From Eledone cirrhosa (Eukaryota), in NCBI GenBank assembly GCA_964016885.1, contig OZ024741.1, forward strand, positions 411,742,001 to 411,806,000: 64,000 nucleotides of DNA. The letters are read 5' to 3'. The notes under the pieces were generated by a model. The model saw nothing but the letters and a program-made list of their open reading frames with translations, was not told the origin of the DNA and made no database searches. The position numbers were made by a program, and so were the translations under genes. Below, piece after piece: positions 1 to 11,899 of this stretch. Within the stretch, counting starts at the first letter, position 1; every line of letters starts with the position of its first letter.

Positions 1-1190
1 ACTAAAACAACACATCAGCAACACTGTCTCAAGTCTCAGATACTAAAACAACACATCATCAACACTGTCTCAAGTCTCAGATACTAAAACAACACATCAT
101 CAACACTGTCTCAAGTCTGAAGTACTAAAACAACACATCATCAACACTGTCTCAAGTCTGAAGTACTAAAACAACACATCATCAACACTGTCTCAAGTCT
201 GAAGTACTAAAACAACACATCATCAACACTGTCTCAAGTCTGAAGTACTAAAACAACACATCATCAACACTGTCTCAAGTCTGAAGTACGAAAACAACAC
301 ATCATCAACACTGTCTCAAGTCTGAAGTACTAAAACAACACATCAGCAACACTGTCTCAAGTCTCAGATACTAAAACAACACATCATCAACACTGTCTCA
401 AGTCTGAAGTACTAAAACAACACATCATCAACACTGTCTCAAGTCTGAAGTACTAAAACAACACATCATCAACACTGTCTCAAGTCTGAAGTACTAAAAC
501 AACACATCATCAACACTGTCTCAAGTCTCAGATACTAAAACAACACATCATCAACACTGTCTCAAGTCTGAAGTACTAAAACAACACATCATCAACACTG
601 TCTCAAGTCTGAAGTACTAAAACAACACATCATCAACACTGTCTCAAGTCTGAAGTACTAAAACAACACATCATCAACACTGTCTCAAGTCTGAAGTACT
701 AAAACAACACATCATCAACACTGTCTCAAGTCTGAAGTACTAAAACAACACATCATCAACACTGTCTCAAGTCTGAAGTACTAAAACAACACATCATCAA
801 CACTGTCTCAAGTCTGAAGTACTAAAACAACACATCATCAACACTGTCTCAAGTCTGAAGTACTAAAACAACACATCATCAACACTGTCTCAAGTCTGAA
901 GTACTAAAACAACACATCATCAACACTGTCTCAAGTCTGAAGTACTAAAACAACACATCATCAACACTGTCTCAAGTCTGAAGTACTAAAACAACACATC
1001 ATCAACACTATCTCAAGTCTGAAGTACTAAAACAACACATCATCAACACTGTCTCAAATCTGAAGTACTAAAACAACACATCATCAACACTGTCTCAAGT
1101 CTGAAGTACTAAAACAACACATCATCAACACTGTCTCAAGTCTGAAGTACTAAAACAACACATCATCAACACTGTCTCAAGTCTCAGGTA
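1..1190. repeat. 41-bp minisatellite (~29 copies in window, runs off left edge)
   Basis: Unit ACTAAAACAACACATCATCAACACTGTCTCAAGTCTGAAGT recurs at 1, 42, 83 and so on. Confidence 0.97.
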
Positions 1191-1258
1191 ATAAAACACA
1201 ACACAACAAATGGAAAACAATTTTTCTCCTCAGATTATATTGTGTTTCAGACTAAATT

Positions 1259-4160
1259 CATCCTTAGTCCCGAGCTCTCATACAAAACTCTTTAGTCCTG
1301 AGCTCTCTCATACAAAACTCTTTAGTCCTGAGCTCTCTCATACAAAACTCCTTAGTCCTGAGCTCTCTCATACAAAACTCCTTAGACCCTAGCTCTCTCA
1401 TACAAAACTCCTTAGTCCCTAGCTCTCTCATACAAAACTCTTTAGTCCTGAGCTCTCTCATACAAAACTCCTTAGTCCCTAGCTCTCTCATACAAAACTC
1501 CTTAGTCCCTAGCTCTCTCATACAAAACTCTTTAGTCCTGAGCTCTCTCATACAAAACTCCTTAGTCCCTAGCTCTCTCATACAAAACTCCTTAGACCCT
1601 AGCTCTCTCATACAAAACTCTTTAGTCCTGAGCTCTCTCATACAAAACTCCTTAGTCCCTAGCTCTCTCATACAAAACACCTTAGTCCCTAGCTCTCTCA
1701 TACAAAACTCTTTAGTCCTGAGCTCTCTCATACAAAACTCCTTAGACCCTAGCTCTCTCATACAAAACTCCTTAGTCCCTAGCTCTCTCATACAAAACTC
1801 TTTAGTCCTGAGCTCTCTCATACAAAACTCCTTAGACCCTAGCTCTCTCATACAAAACTCTTTAGTCCTGAGCTCTCTCATACAAAACTCCTTAGTCCCT
1901 AGCTCTCTCATACAAAACTCTTTAGTCCTGAGCTCTCTCATACAAAACTCCTTAGACCCTAGCTCTCTCATACAAAACTCCTTAGTCCCTAGCTCTCTCA
2001 TACAAAACTCTTTAGTCCTGAGCTCTCTCATACAAAACTCCTTAGTCCCTAGCTCTCTCATACAAAACTCCTTAGTCCCTAGCTCTCTCATACAAAACTC
2101 TTTAGTCCTGAGCTCTCTCATACAAAACTCCTTAGTCCCTAGCTCTCTCATACAAAACTCCTTAGACCCTAGCTCTCTCATACAAAACTCTTTAGTCCTG
2201 AGCTCTCTCATACAAAACTCCTTAGTCCCTAGCTCTCTCATACAAAACTCCTTAGTCCCTAGCTCTCTCATACAAAACTCTTTAGTCCTGAGCTCTCTCA
2301 TACAAAACTCCTTAGACCCTAGCTCTCTCATACAAAACTCCTTAGTCCCTAGCTCTCTCATACAAAACTCCTTAGTCCCTAGCTCTCTCATACAAAACTC
2401 TTTAGTCCTGAGCTCTCTCATACAAAACTCCTTAGACCCTATCTCTCTCATACAAAACTCCTTAGTCCCTAGCTCTCTCATACAAAACTCCTTAGACCCT
2501 AGCTCTCTCATACAAAACTCCTTAGTCCCGAGCTCTCTCATACAAAACTCCTTAGTCCCAAGCTCTTTCATACAAAACTCCTTAGACCCTAGCTCTCTCA
2601 TACAAAACTCCTTAGACTCTAGCTCTCTCATACAAAACTCCTTAGACTCTAGCTCTCTCATACAAAACTCCTTAGTCCCGAGCTCTCTCATACAAAACTC
2701 CTTAGTCCCGAGCTCTTTCATACAAAACTCCTTAGACTCTAGCTCTCTCATACAAAACTCCTTAGTCCCGAGCTCTCTCATACAAAACTCCTTAGTCCCG
2801 AGCTCTTTCATACAAAACTCCTTAGTCCCAAGCTCTCTCATACAAAACTCTTTAGTCCTGAGCTCTCTCATACAAAACTCCTTAGACCCTAGCTCTCTCA
2901 TACAAAACTCCTTAGACCCTAGCTCTCTCATACAAAACTCCTTAGTCCCGAGCTCTCTCATACAAAACTCCTTAGACTCTAGCTCTCTCATACAAAACTC
3001 CTTAGTCCCGAGCTCTCTCATACAAAACTCCTTAGACTCTAGCTCTCTCATACAAAACTCCTTAGTCCCGAGCTCTCTCATACAAAACTCCTTAGACTCT
3101 AGCTCTCTCATACAAAACTCCTTAGTCCCAAGCTCTCTCATACAAAACTCCTTAGACTCTAGCTCTCTCATACAAAACTCCTTAGACCCTACTCTCTCAT
3201 ACAAAACTCCTTAGACTCTAGCTCTCTCATACAAAACTCTTTAGACCCTAGCTCTCTCATACAAAACTCCTTAGTCCCGAGCTCTCTCATACAAAACTCC
3301 TTAGACTCTAGCTCTCTCATACAAAACTCCTTAGACCCTAGCTCTCTCATAAAAAACTCCTTAGACCCTAGCTCTCTCATAAAAAACTCCTTAGACTCTA
3401 GCTCTCTCATACAAAACTCCTTAGACCCTAGCTCACTCATAAAAAACTCCTTAGACCCTAGCTCTCTCATACAAAACTCCTTAGTCCCAAGCTCTCTCAT
3501 ACAAAACTCCTGAGACTCTAGCTCTCTCATACAAAACTCCTTAGTCCCAAGCCCTCTCATACAAAACTCCTTAGACTCTAGCTCTCTCATACAAAACTCC
3601 TTAGTCCCAAGCTCTCTCAGACAAAACTCCTTAGTCCCTAGCTCTCTCATACAAAACTCTTTAGACTCTAGCTCTCTCATACAAAACTCCTTAGTCCCTA
3701 GCTCTCATACAAAACTCCTTAGACCCTAGCTCTCTCATACAAAACTCCTTAGACCCTAGCTCTCTCATACAAAACTCCTTAGACTAGCTCTCTCATACAA
3801 AACTCCTTAGACTCTAGCTCTCTCATACAAAATTCATTAGTCCTTAGCTCTCTCATACAAAACTCCTTAGACCCTAGCTCTCTCATACAAAACTCCTTAG
3901 TCCCTAGCTCTCTCATACAAAACTCCTTAGTCCCTAGCTCTCTCATACAAAACTCCTTAGACCCTAGCTCTCTCATACAAAACTCCTTAGACCCTAGCTC
4001 TCATACAAAACTCCTTAGTCCCTAGCTCTCATACAAAACTCCTTAGACCCTACTCTCTCATACAAAACTCCTTAGTCCCGAGCTCTATCATACAAAACTC
4101 CTTAGACCCTAGCTCTCTCATACAAAACTCCTTAGTCTCTAGCTCTCTCATACAAAACTA
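1259..4160. repeat. 30-bp minisatellite (~97 copies)
   Basis: Unit CTCCTTAGTCCCTAGCTCTCTCATACAAAA with variants; explains the (KEFCMRELGT)n ORFs. Confidence 0.97.
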
Positions 4161-4609
4161 CTTATTGTAACGTGTTTATATTTATTTAGAAACCCTCCAT
4201 CATGCAACTACATTTGTTAAGTTATTTTCAAATGTGTCAAATTATTTAGATTATTCTGAAAACGTAGACTGTTGGTTTTAATGCACACAAATTAAATGTC
4301 ATGATACATGATATATTTGTTGATTGTTTGACGTAAGCATGATAAAATGACAAGTCAGTCAATCATATTGGTGGCCTCCCCACAGGTGGACAGAATGGAG
4401 ATGTTTCCCTGGAAGACGGCCAGGGAGACGCATTGGAAGAGCCACTCCAACTCGCGGGGCTCACACCTGCGGCTGGCCAGCCTATGGTGGTGAGTAGGTA
4501 GGTAGCCCTAGGGCTACGTTATGTCTCAAACAGAAGTTCAACCTTTTTGAGACAAAATTCTCCCTCGTTCCACCAATCTACCACATTTATATCTGACACA
4601 CAAGGTCAG

Positions 4610-4760
4610 TAATTTGAGGAAACCGAAAGTCAATTATATCAACTGTAATACTTGATTGCTATTTTATTTTATTGACCTCAGAAGGATGAAAGGTAAAGTT
4701 GACTGTGGTAGGATTTGAACTCAAGACATAAACTACTGCAATAACTAATACCACAAGATG
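4610..4760. mobile_element. SINE-like dispersed repeat fragment (related copies at ~6190-6310 and ~17360-17520)
   Basis: Motif GATGAAAGGTAAAGTTGAC...GGATTTGAACTCA (reverse complement resembles a Pol III B-box) occurs three times in the window. Confidence 0.6.
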
Positions 4761-4779
4761 TTTCTTTCTGATGGTCTGT

Positions 4780-6105
4780 GTTCTGGTGACAGGAGCTGGG
4801 GTTTGAACTCACAACACAGTTCTGGTGACAGGAGCTGGGGTTTGAACTCACAACACAGTTCTGGTGACAGGAGCTGGGGTTTGAACTCACAACACAGTTC
4901 TGGTGACAGGAGCTGGGGTTTGAACTCACAACACAGTTCTGGTGACAGGAGCTGGGGTTTGAACTCACAACACAGTTCTGGTGACAGGAGCTGGGGTTTG
5001 AACTCACAACACAGTTCTGGTGACAGGAGCTGGGGTTTGAACTCACAACACAGTTCTGGTGACAGGAGCTGGGGTTTGAACTCACAACACAGTTCTGGTG
5101 ACTGGAGCTGGGGTTTGAACTCACAACACAGTTCTGGTGACTGGAGCTGGGGTTTGAACTCACAACACAGTTCTGGTGACAGGAGCTGGGGTTTGAACTC
5201 ACAACACAGTTCTGGTGACAGGAGCTGGGGTTTGAACTCACAACACAGTTCTGGTGACAGGAGCTGGGGTTTGAACTCACAACACAGTTCTGGTGACAGG
5301 AGCTGGGGTTTGAACTCACAACACAGTTCTGGTGACAGGAGCTGGGGTTTGAACTCACAACACAGTTCTGGTGACAGGAGCTGGGGTTTGAACTCACAAC
5401 ACAGTTCTGGTGACAGGAGCTGGGGTTTGAACTCACAACACAGTTCTGGTGACAGGAGCTGGGGTTTGAACTCACAACACAGTTCTGGTGACAGGAGCTG
5501 GGGTTTGAACTCACAACACAGTTCTGGTGACTGGAGCTGGGGTTTGAACTCACAACACAGTTCTGGTGACAGGAGCTGGGGTTTGAACTCACAACACAGT
5601 TCTGGTGACTGGAGCTGGGGTTTGAACTCACAACACAGTTCTGGTGACAGGAGCTGGGGTTTGAACTCACAACACAGTTCTGGTGACTGGAGCTGGGGTT
5701 TGAACTCACAACACAGTTCTGGTGACAGGAGCTGGGGTTTGAACTCACAACACAGTTCTGGTGACAGGAGCTGGGGTTTGAACTCACAACACAGTTCTGG
5801 TGACTGGAGCTGGGGTTTGAACTCACAACACAGTTCTGGTGACAGGAGCTGGGGTTTGAACTCACAACACAGTTCTGGTGACAGGAGCTGGGGTTTGAAC
5901 TCACAACACAGTTCTGGTGACAGGAGCTGGGGTTTGAACTCACAACACAGTTCTGGTGACAGGAGCTGGGGTTTGAACTCACAACACAGTTCTGGTGACA
6001 GGAGCTGGGGTTTGAACTCACAACACAGTTCTGGTGACAGGAGCTGGGGTTTGAACTCACAACACAGTTCTGGTGACAGGAGCTGGGGTTTGAACTCACA
6101 ACACA
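4780..6105. repeat. 39-bp minisatellite (~34 copies) containing a B-box-like motif
   Basis: Unit GTTCTGGTGACAGGAGCTGGGGTTTGAACTCACAACACA, nearly invariant; 13-aa repeat ORFs in three frames. Confidence 0.97.
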
Positions 6106-6907
6106 GATAGCAGATACTGCATACCATACCATCTGTGTCTTTAACAATTCCACTAATCCATTGTTTCAGAACATTCTGGACGTTATTTATCGAGGCTGAA
6201 CAGATGAGAAGTAAAGTTGACCTTAGTGGGATTTGAACTCGGAGCACAGAAAGTCAGAACATATACTGAGGTTTTTATTCCAACACCTTAACAACTTTAC
6301 CAATTAGATGATGTTTATACCTATTAACACTAGTACCGTAATTTGTAGCTCTTAGTATCTTGGATGGTATTCTGAAGGGTTAAAATCCAGTTTCATGGTC
6401 AGTTCCCTCACCAGACCCAGGTCTGGTGAGGAGGGTAAGTGGTACCCCAGCAGCACAAGAAACAAGAGCTGTTAAAAGGGCAAACAAACTCATCAAAGTC
6501 AACAGCCATCCACCCCAACTAAGTGTTAAATAGTTTCACCAACCCACAATTGGCCAAGGGTGGTGAGTACAGGTACACCCTGACATGACTAAAACCAAAC
6601 AAAAAGCAATGGAGGTCAACCAAGGAGGGGTTCCTCCAACAGGAGTGAGAAGACCCTGGATAGGTCAACCAGGGAGGGGTTCCTACTACAGGAGTGAGAA
6701 GACCCTGGATAGGAGGTCAACCAGGGAGGGGTTCCTACTACAGGAGTGAGAAGGTCCCAGATTTGATTGGTACTATCAGGAAATAGGTAGGACTGTATCA
6801 CAAAAATGTTAGGCTGCCATAGAAAGAATTTGAAGTGAGAACCTGGACAGCCCGAACAAATAAGGGACATTTGACCTAACGCTCCACCGACTCAGCAATT
6901 ACCTTAC

Positions 6908-6970
6908 CTTCTGTACTGTGTCTTCTCTTAAATCTTCAACATCTTTTTGTTCCTTTAACAACTGTTTAGC
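6908..6970 (-). CDS. SLU7: SLU7 coding exon 5 (AKQLLKEQKDVEDLREDTVQK)
   Basis: taccag|GCT ... AAG|gtaagg, 63 nt, phase 0-0; follows the previous exon in frame and resembles the AKRTLKAQKL segment of vertebrate SLU7. Not in the ORF track. Confidence 0.75.
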
Positions 6971-7309
6971 CTGGTAAATATAATAGTCCAATAGTTAGTT
7001 TGTGTAAAATATTGAAGGGTTAACATTTTCAAATAAATACCAACACATTAAAATGTGACAAAGTTTAAGGCAAGCTAAGCTACGTTAAACATGATAGTAA
7101 ACTGGATACTGGTGTGGTATCTATAGTAAAGTGGTTACTAGTATGGTATCTATAGTGGTTACTACTTCTGTGGTATCTATAGTAAAGTGGTTGTTACTGG
7201 TATGGTTGATGTAGTTAGCTAAGACATATGATGTATGACATTTCTCACAATGGTATATGAAACATATTGCAGTTATATATACATATATATATATATATAT
7301 AGCAGTAAT

Positions 7310-10300
7310 ATATCATCATCATCATTTTACGTCTGCTTTTCCCTGCTTGCAAGGGTGGGACGGGTCCTATTCAGCACAGCATCTCTCCACTTGTCACGGT
7401 CCTTCGTCATCTCGACCGTGAGCTTCAGCGATCTGAGGTCTGCTCTCACCACCTCCGCCCATGTTTTTCGAGGTCTACTTCTACCACGTCTTCCTTCAAC
7501 TGGCATTTCCTGGCACTTCTTTACCCATCGGTCATCCTCCATGCGCATCACATGTCCATACCACCTCAGTCTCCTCTCCCGCACACTACAATCTATCCCT
7601 CTCAGAGAGTTTCTCTCTCAACACATCCATCCTCGGCCGTTCACGCACATTTACATTGCACATCCGATGGAACATGCTTGCCTCATTTCTCTCCAGCCGT
7701 CGCATATCCTCTGCAGTTGTTGCCCATGTCTCACTACCATGCAGCATCGCGCTCCTTACACAGGCATCATATAACCAGCCTTTCATACGCAGGGAGAAAC
7801 CCTTCTTCGTCAGCAGAAGCAGCTCCCTAAACTTCTTCCAACCCGTCCTTATTCTAGATACTATGGCCTCGGACCCCCCCCCCTCCCATGCTAATCTGAT
7901 TTCCTAGGTACTGGAAGCTACCAACCACTTCTATAGCACCCGCCTGCATTTGAAAAATGTGTCTATCAATGCGACTTCTACTGTCTAATTTCCCTGTACA
8001 TCTACTGCATACGTATTTCTCCCTACCTGTTAGTTTGCCTGCTATCCCACTACATCTCTTGTGTACCCAGGATCTGCATTGTGCGCATTTTATAGAATTT
8101 ATGCCAGTTCCTTCTCTGTATATCGAACATGGCCATTTCCCTGACGGAATCAGAGTTTTGTCCTCTTTTCTACTCATCAACACTTTTGTCTTAGCTAGGT
8201 TCACTCTCAGTCCTCTTGATTCCAACTGCTGTTTCCATAGCCAGAATCTATTCTCTAGCTCCTCTACTGATTCTGCTATAAGAACCAGATCATCAGCATA
8301 GAGAAGTTCCCACGGACAGCCAGTCTTAAACTCCTCTGTTATGGCTTGGCGGACTATAATGAACAAGCGCGGGCTGAGGACCGAACTCTGATGTACTCCT
8401 ACTTGTATCTGGAATTCCTCACTAAACTCCATTCCTACCCTCACTTTACTGACAGCACCTCTGTACAAAGTTTGCCTGTCCTCACAAGCCATTCCTCAAC
8501 ACCTACTTTCCTTAGGGACCACCAGATGACAGATCGGGGGTACCCTATCAAAGGCCTTCTCTAGGTCAACAAAAGCTAAGTATTGTGGCTTATTCTTCTC
8601 TAAGAACCTCTCTTGTAATTGTCTCACCAAGAAGAGGGCATCTGTTGTACTTTTCCCAGGCACAAAACCAAACTGCATCTCATCTAGTTTGACCCTTTCT
8701 CTAATAACCTGATCTATCAGTTTTATACCCCTATAATTGCTCCTCTCCAGAGCATCCCCATTACCTTTGTAGCAATTTATGAGAATACTGCTGCACCAGT
8801 CTTTGGGTATGACACTGCCATATATTATAGCCTGATTGATGATGCGTGCAACCAGTTTAGTGCCTACGTCCCTTGATGCCTTCAGCACCTCACAACTAAC
8901 CCCGACGGTCCAGCGGCCTTACCATTTTTCATTTCCTTAATCGCCTCTTGGACCCTATATTCGTCAATCTCAATAGCTGGTCCCTCTGTCGGATCTACTG
9001 AGGGTAATTTCTCTCTCTCCCATTCGTTCTCCACATTAATCAGTCTCTCATAATGACATTTCCAGGTCTCCTTTTTCTGATCATTCATGACACTAATTAC
9101 ACCGGCATCATTCCGGACACATTTATCTCCAACAACATCCTGATTTGCATTGACACACTGCCTTGCAATATGGAACACTGCATGTCTCTGATCTTTCCGT
9201 CGCAGAACATTAGCAAACCTCCTACTCTCCGCCTCGCTGCGTGCTAAGTACACCTGACGTCTAGCTTCTCTCTTAGTGGCTGTATATCCTTCTCTACTCC
9301 CACCCTTTTTCCAAGCCTTCCATGCTAGTCTTTTGTCTCTAATGGCCCTATCTACCATGTTGTTCCACCACCAGGTCACTCTCTGTCTGGTTGGAGCTCT
9401 GCTCCAGCCACAAGTTTCATCAGTAGCCTGCAGTAAGTTGTCACGTAAGAAATTCCAGTTATTATCTATGTCATACAACTCTAAATCATCTTCTTTTTCG
9501 TCACACACATCTTGAAGGGCTTTCCTAAATTTGTATTTTAGTGAAAGTTCTTTTAGCTTTGAGACCTTTCTTCTCCACACCTTCCTGTATGTCTCATTCC
9601 GTCTCTTGCTTACTGAGGTATCACTAACGACTAACCTATGCTATGGAGTACATTCTTCCCCAGGGTATGCCTTGGTATTTGACACCATCTGCCTGTCCAG
9701 CTGCCTAACTAGTAAGAAGTCAATCTGGCTTATGTGCTCGCCTGATTTGTAGGTTATTAGGTGGTTGGCAGGTTTCTGGAAGTTAGACTTGCAAATGGTT
9801 AGTGTACTTGCATCACAAAATTCAAGAAGTCTCACTCCTTCTTCATTTTTTGAGCCGTAACTGTGCGCACCATGTACCCCAGTGTAACCATCCTGGAGCT
9901 GTCCAACATGTCCATTGAAGTCCCCTGCTAGCATAACGATATCTCCTTCCTCTGTCATTGAGGCTGTTTGTAAAAGTTGCTCGTAAAAGCAGTCTTTCTC
10001 TTCTTTACCTAGGCCTGCCTGGGGAGCATCGGCAGAGATGGTTGTCAGTGTCTCTTGCCTACAACTAATCTAAGTTTAATTATTCTATTATTAACTCGAA
10101 CTTCTTCTATTGTCTTATCGATCCATCTCTCAGCCAAAAAAATGCCTACTCCCCCTAACCCATCGTCATTACCCACCCAGAATAGCTTATAGCTAAGACG
10201 TTTGCCTACGACTAGTCTCGCAGAGACACCTCTCCATCTCACCCCTTGCACGCATCCACATGCCTTCTCTCCAGCAACTCCGCTATTTCAGCAGATCTAC

Positions 10301-10470
10301 CTCTGAGAGTGCCAACATTAAGTGTGGCAACTCTGAGATGCGACGTCTTCATATTCTTGTTGCTTTTCCTGTAGTGCGATTGCTTGAAGACGGTCGGGAG
10401 GTTCTCGCACATGGCCGCACCAGCCACCCCCACTACCATGCGCAGCCCTAACATGGTTAGTGTTATTGCT
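7310..10470 (-). mobile_element. Near full-length, frameshifted RTE-clade LINE (family 1)
   Basis: Fragmented ORFs give APE endonuclease (ATLNVGTL, GDFNGHVG, SQIDF), RT (FVDLEKAFD, LLYADD), a PHD-like finger and the RRLRWYGHV C-terminus; (GAT)n tail at ~7310-7325; flanked by (TA)n. Confidence 0.95.
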
Positions 10471-10689
10471 GTTTTATATATATATATATATATATATACC
10501 ATGTTTACTTGCCAACCATCCATCTATTACTTGCCTTCTAGTGAACTATATACCATGTGATGGGTGTCCCTTTCAAAAACATCAGTGGTAGCGATCACTA
10601 CTACCTTACAGCATGTACTGGGAGCTTTGTTTTGTGGTACCAATACTATCACCTTACAAGGTGGTAAATCTTTAAAAATGTTTCATTAA

Positions 10690-11263
10690 TTATCCCTTTT
10701 GATACCAATCTGACCCAAACCTGCTCTGGTTCTGTGAAACAAAACCACCTTTTTAAAAGGGTTCCTATTTAAATTTAAATCTTCCAACATAATTTTATAT
10801 AAGAATCATTTAAGTTATTTGAAGGAAGAGTGGCAAAGATCATGGCATGAGTCCAAACTTGCCAACCAGGACCCCCACATCTAAACCTGAAAGCTTTGAC
10901 CTTCCCAGAAATGGGTGTCCCATAATCAGATCCACACAACACATGCCAGGAGAGCCCATTAACTCGATCGATTCGAAATGAAAGACAACCCAGCATGTGA
11001 CTGTGGGGACCTTGACCAGACAGTACTGCATGTTGTTCAGGATTACTCCTTCTGATGTTTTCCTAGAAACCTAGACGCAATCCATAATACTATAAATGGC
11101 ACCTTGATCTGGCTCGCTAGTCTTGACCTGCCTCTCTAAATATTGTCTCATACAACTAGAAGAATTATCTTAGTAAAGAAATAAACAATTTTAGTAAATC
11201 TCTCAAAATTAACATTAATTAATTGCTATAGGAAGTATTCCATTAAAATGATGAAAGGGTTAA
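10690..11263. mobile_element. TTAA/piggyBac-like MITE interrupted by a LINE fragment
   Basis: Ends TTAT-CCCTTTTG ... GAAAGGG-TTAA; internal sequence matches 19658-20184 and 26151-26375 in inverted orientation. Confidence 0.55.
10820..11165 (+). mobile_element. 3' fragment of an Ingi/Vingi-like LINE
   Basis: Degenerate frames read FDLPR ... PACDCGDLDQTVLHVV ... WLASLDLPL*, a CCHC-knuckle type C-terminus, ending in an AGAAGAA tail. Confidence 0.55.
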
Positions 11264-11279
11264 ATGAAAGTTATTTTAC

Positions 11280-11447
11280 CTGTAATATCTTGGAATATTC
11301 TCCAAAGAGTTTCTTCTGGTGCGCTTCAGGATCATAACCATTCCAGATGTCTCTTTTACCATCATAGTCATAGTTGACAGTAGGTACGATATATTCATCG
11401 GCAGCAATATGGTCACCTGTGTATTTAGCACCAACTCGACGAGGTCG
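11280..11447 (-). CDS. SLU7: SLU7 coding exon 4 ([56 protein letters not shown])
   Basis: ttccag|CGA ... CAG|gtaaaa, 168 nt, phase 0-0; contains the conserved SLU7 motif DYDGKRDxWNGY. Not in the ORF track. Confidence 0.95.
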
Positions 11448-11466
11448 CTGGAATTATAACAGAAAT

Positions 11467-11674
11467 ATCACCGACTGTGTATTTGAGATCCAGAGGTGGA
11501 CTCCAAGCAAAATGGTTGGATAACATCTATGAACTTAGCTGGTTTCGTTTGGGGGCAACAATTGCTTCTGACAGGACCCACTGGAAGGCGTGTTTGAGGA
11601 TCTGCCCCTATGACACTCTCAGGAAGAAGTGGGAGAAGAAGAAATAGTAGTAGTAGTAGTATTAGTAGTAGTAA
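11467..11674 (+). mobile_element. 5'-truncated RTE-like 3' end flanked by a ~47-bp duplication
   Basis: Degenerate translation KWLDNI...IASDRTHWKACL (RTE C-terminal AxDRxxW motif), (AGA)n/(TAG)n tail, flanking direct repeats at 11420-11466 and 11675-11721. Confidence 0.65.
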
Positions 11675-11899
11675 TGTATTTAGCACCAACTCAACAAAGT
11701 CACTGGTGTTGTAACAGCAATGGTGATGAAAAATACTTATCTTTAGAAAACAACTGAATTAGTCTTCATAAAAATATGACTATACACCCAGTACACTCTG
11801 TAAAGTGGTTTTTGCTCACTTGACGCAAGGCAATAAAACCACTAAAATATGAGGGGTTACTGGGAAGGTAGAAGGACAAGACAGAGGGAACATAGTCCC

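Noticed and set aside
1-1190. Common origin of the 41-mer and the 49-mer (both contain TAAA(A)CAACA...ACA(C/G)TGTCT)
   Set aside because: The similarity is short and low-complexity and cannot be distinguished from chance by eye.
4360-4510. Possible additional SLU7 exon or RTE-like 3' end with (AGGT)n tail
   Set aside because: The expected next SLU7 motifs (DEDKYADD, TVRNLRIRED) were not found here or elsewhere left of 6908, and the TE similarity is too weak to classify.
1264-6247. Long repetitive ORFs (646, 491, 500 and 450 aa)
   Set aside because: They are translations of 30- and 39-bp minisatellites, open in several frames, and lie inside an SLU7 intron.
6612-7210. Short 2-4 copy tandem duplications (also ~14180-14280 and ~17075-17200)
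   Set aside because: Real but small and uninformative; no identifiable source or function.
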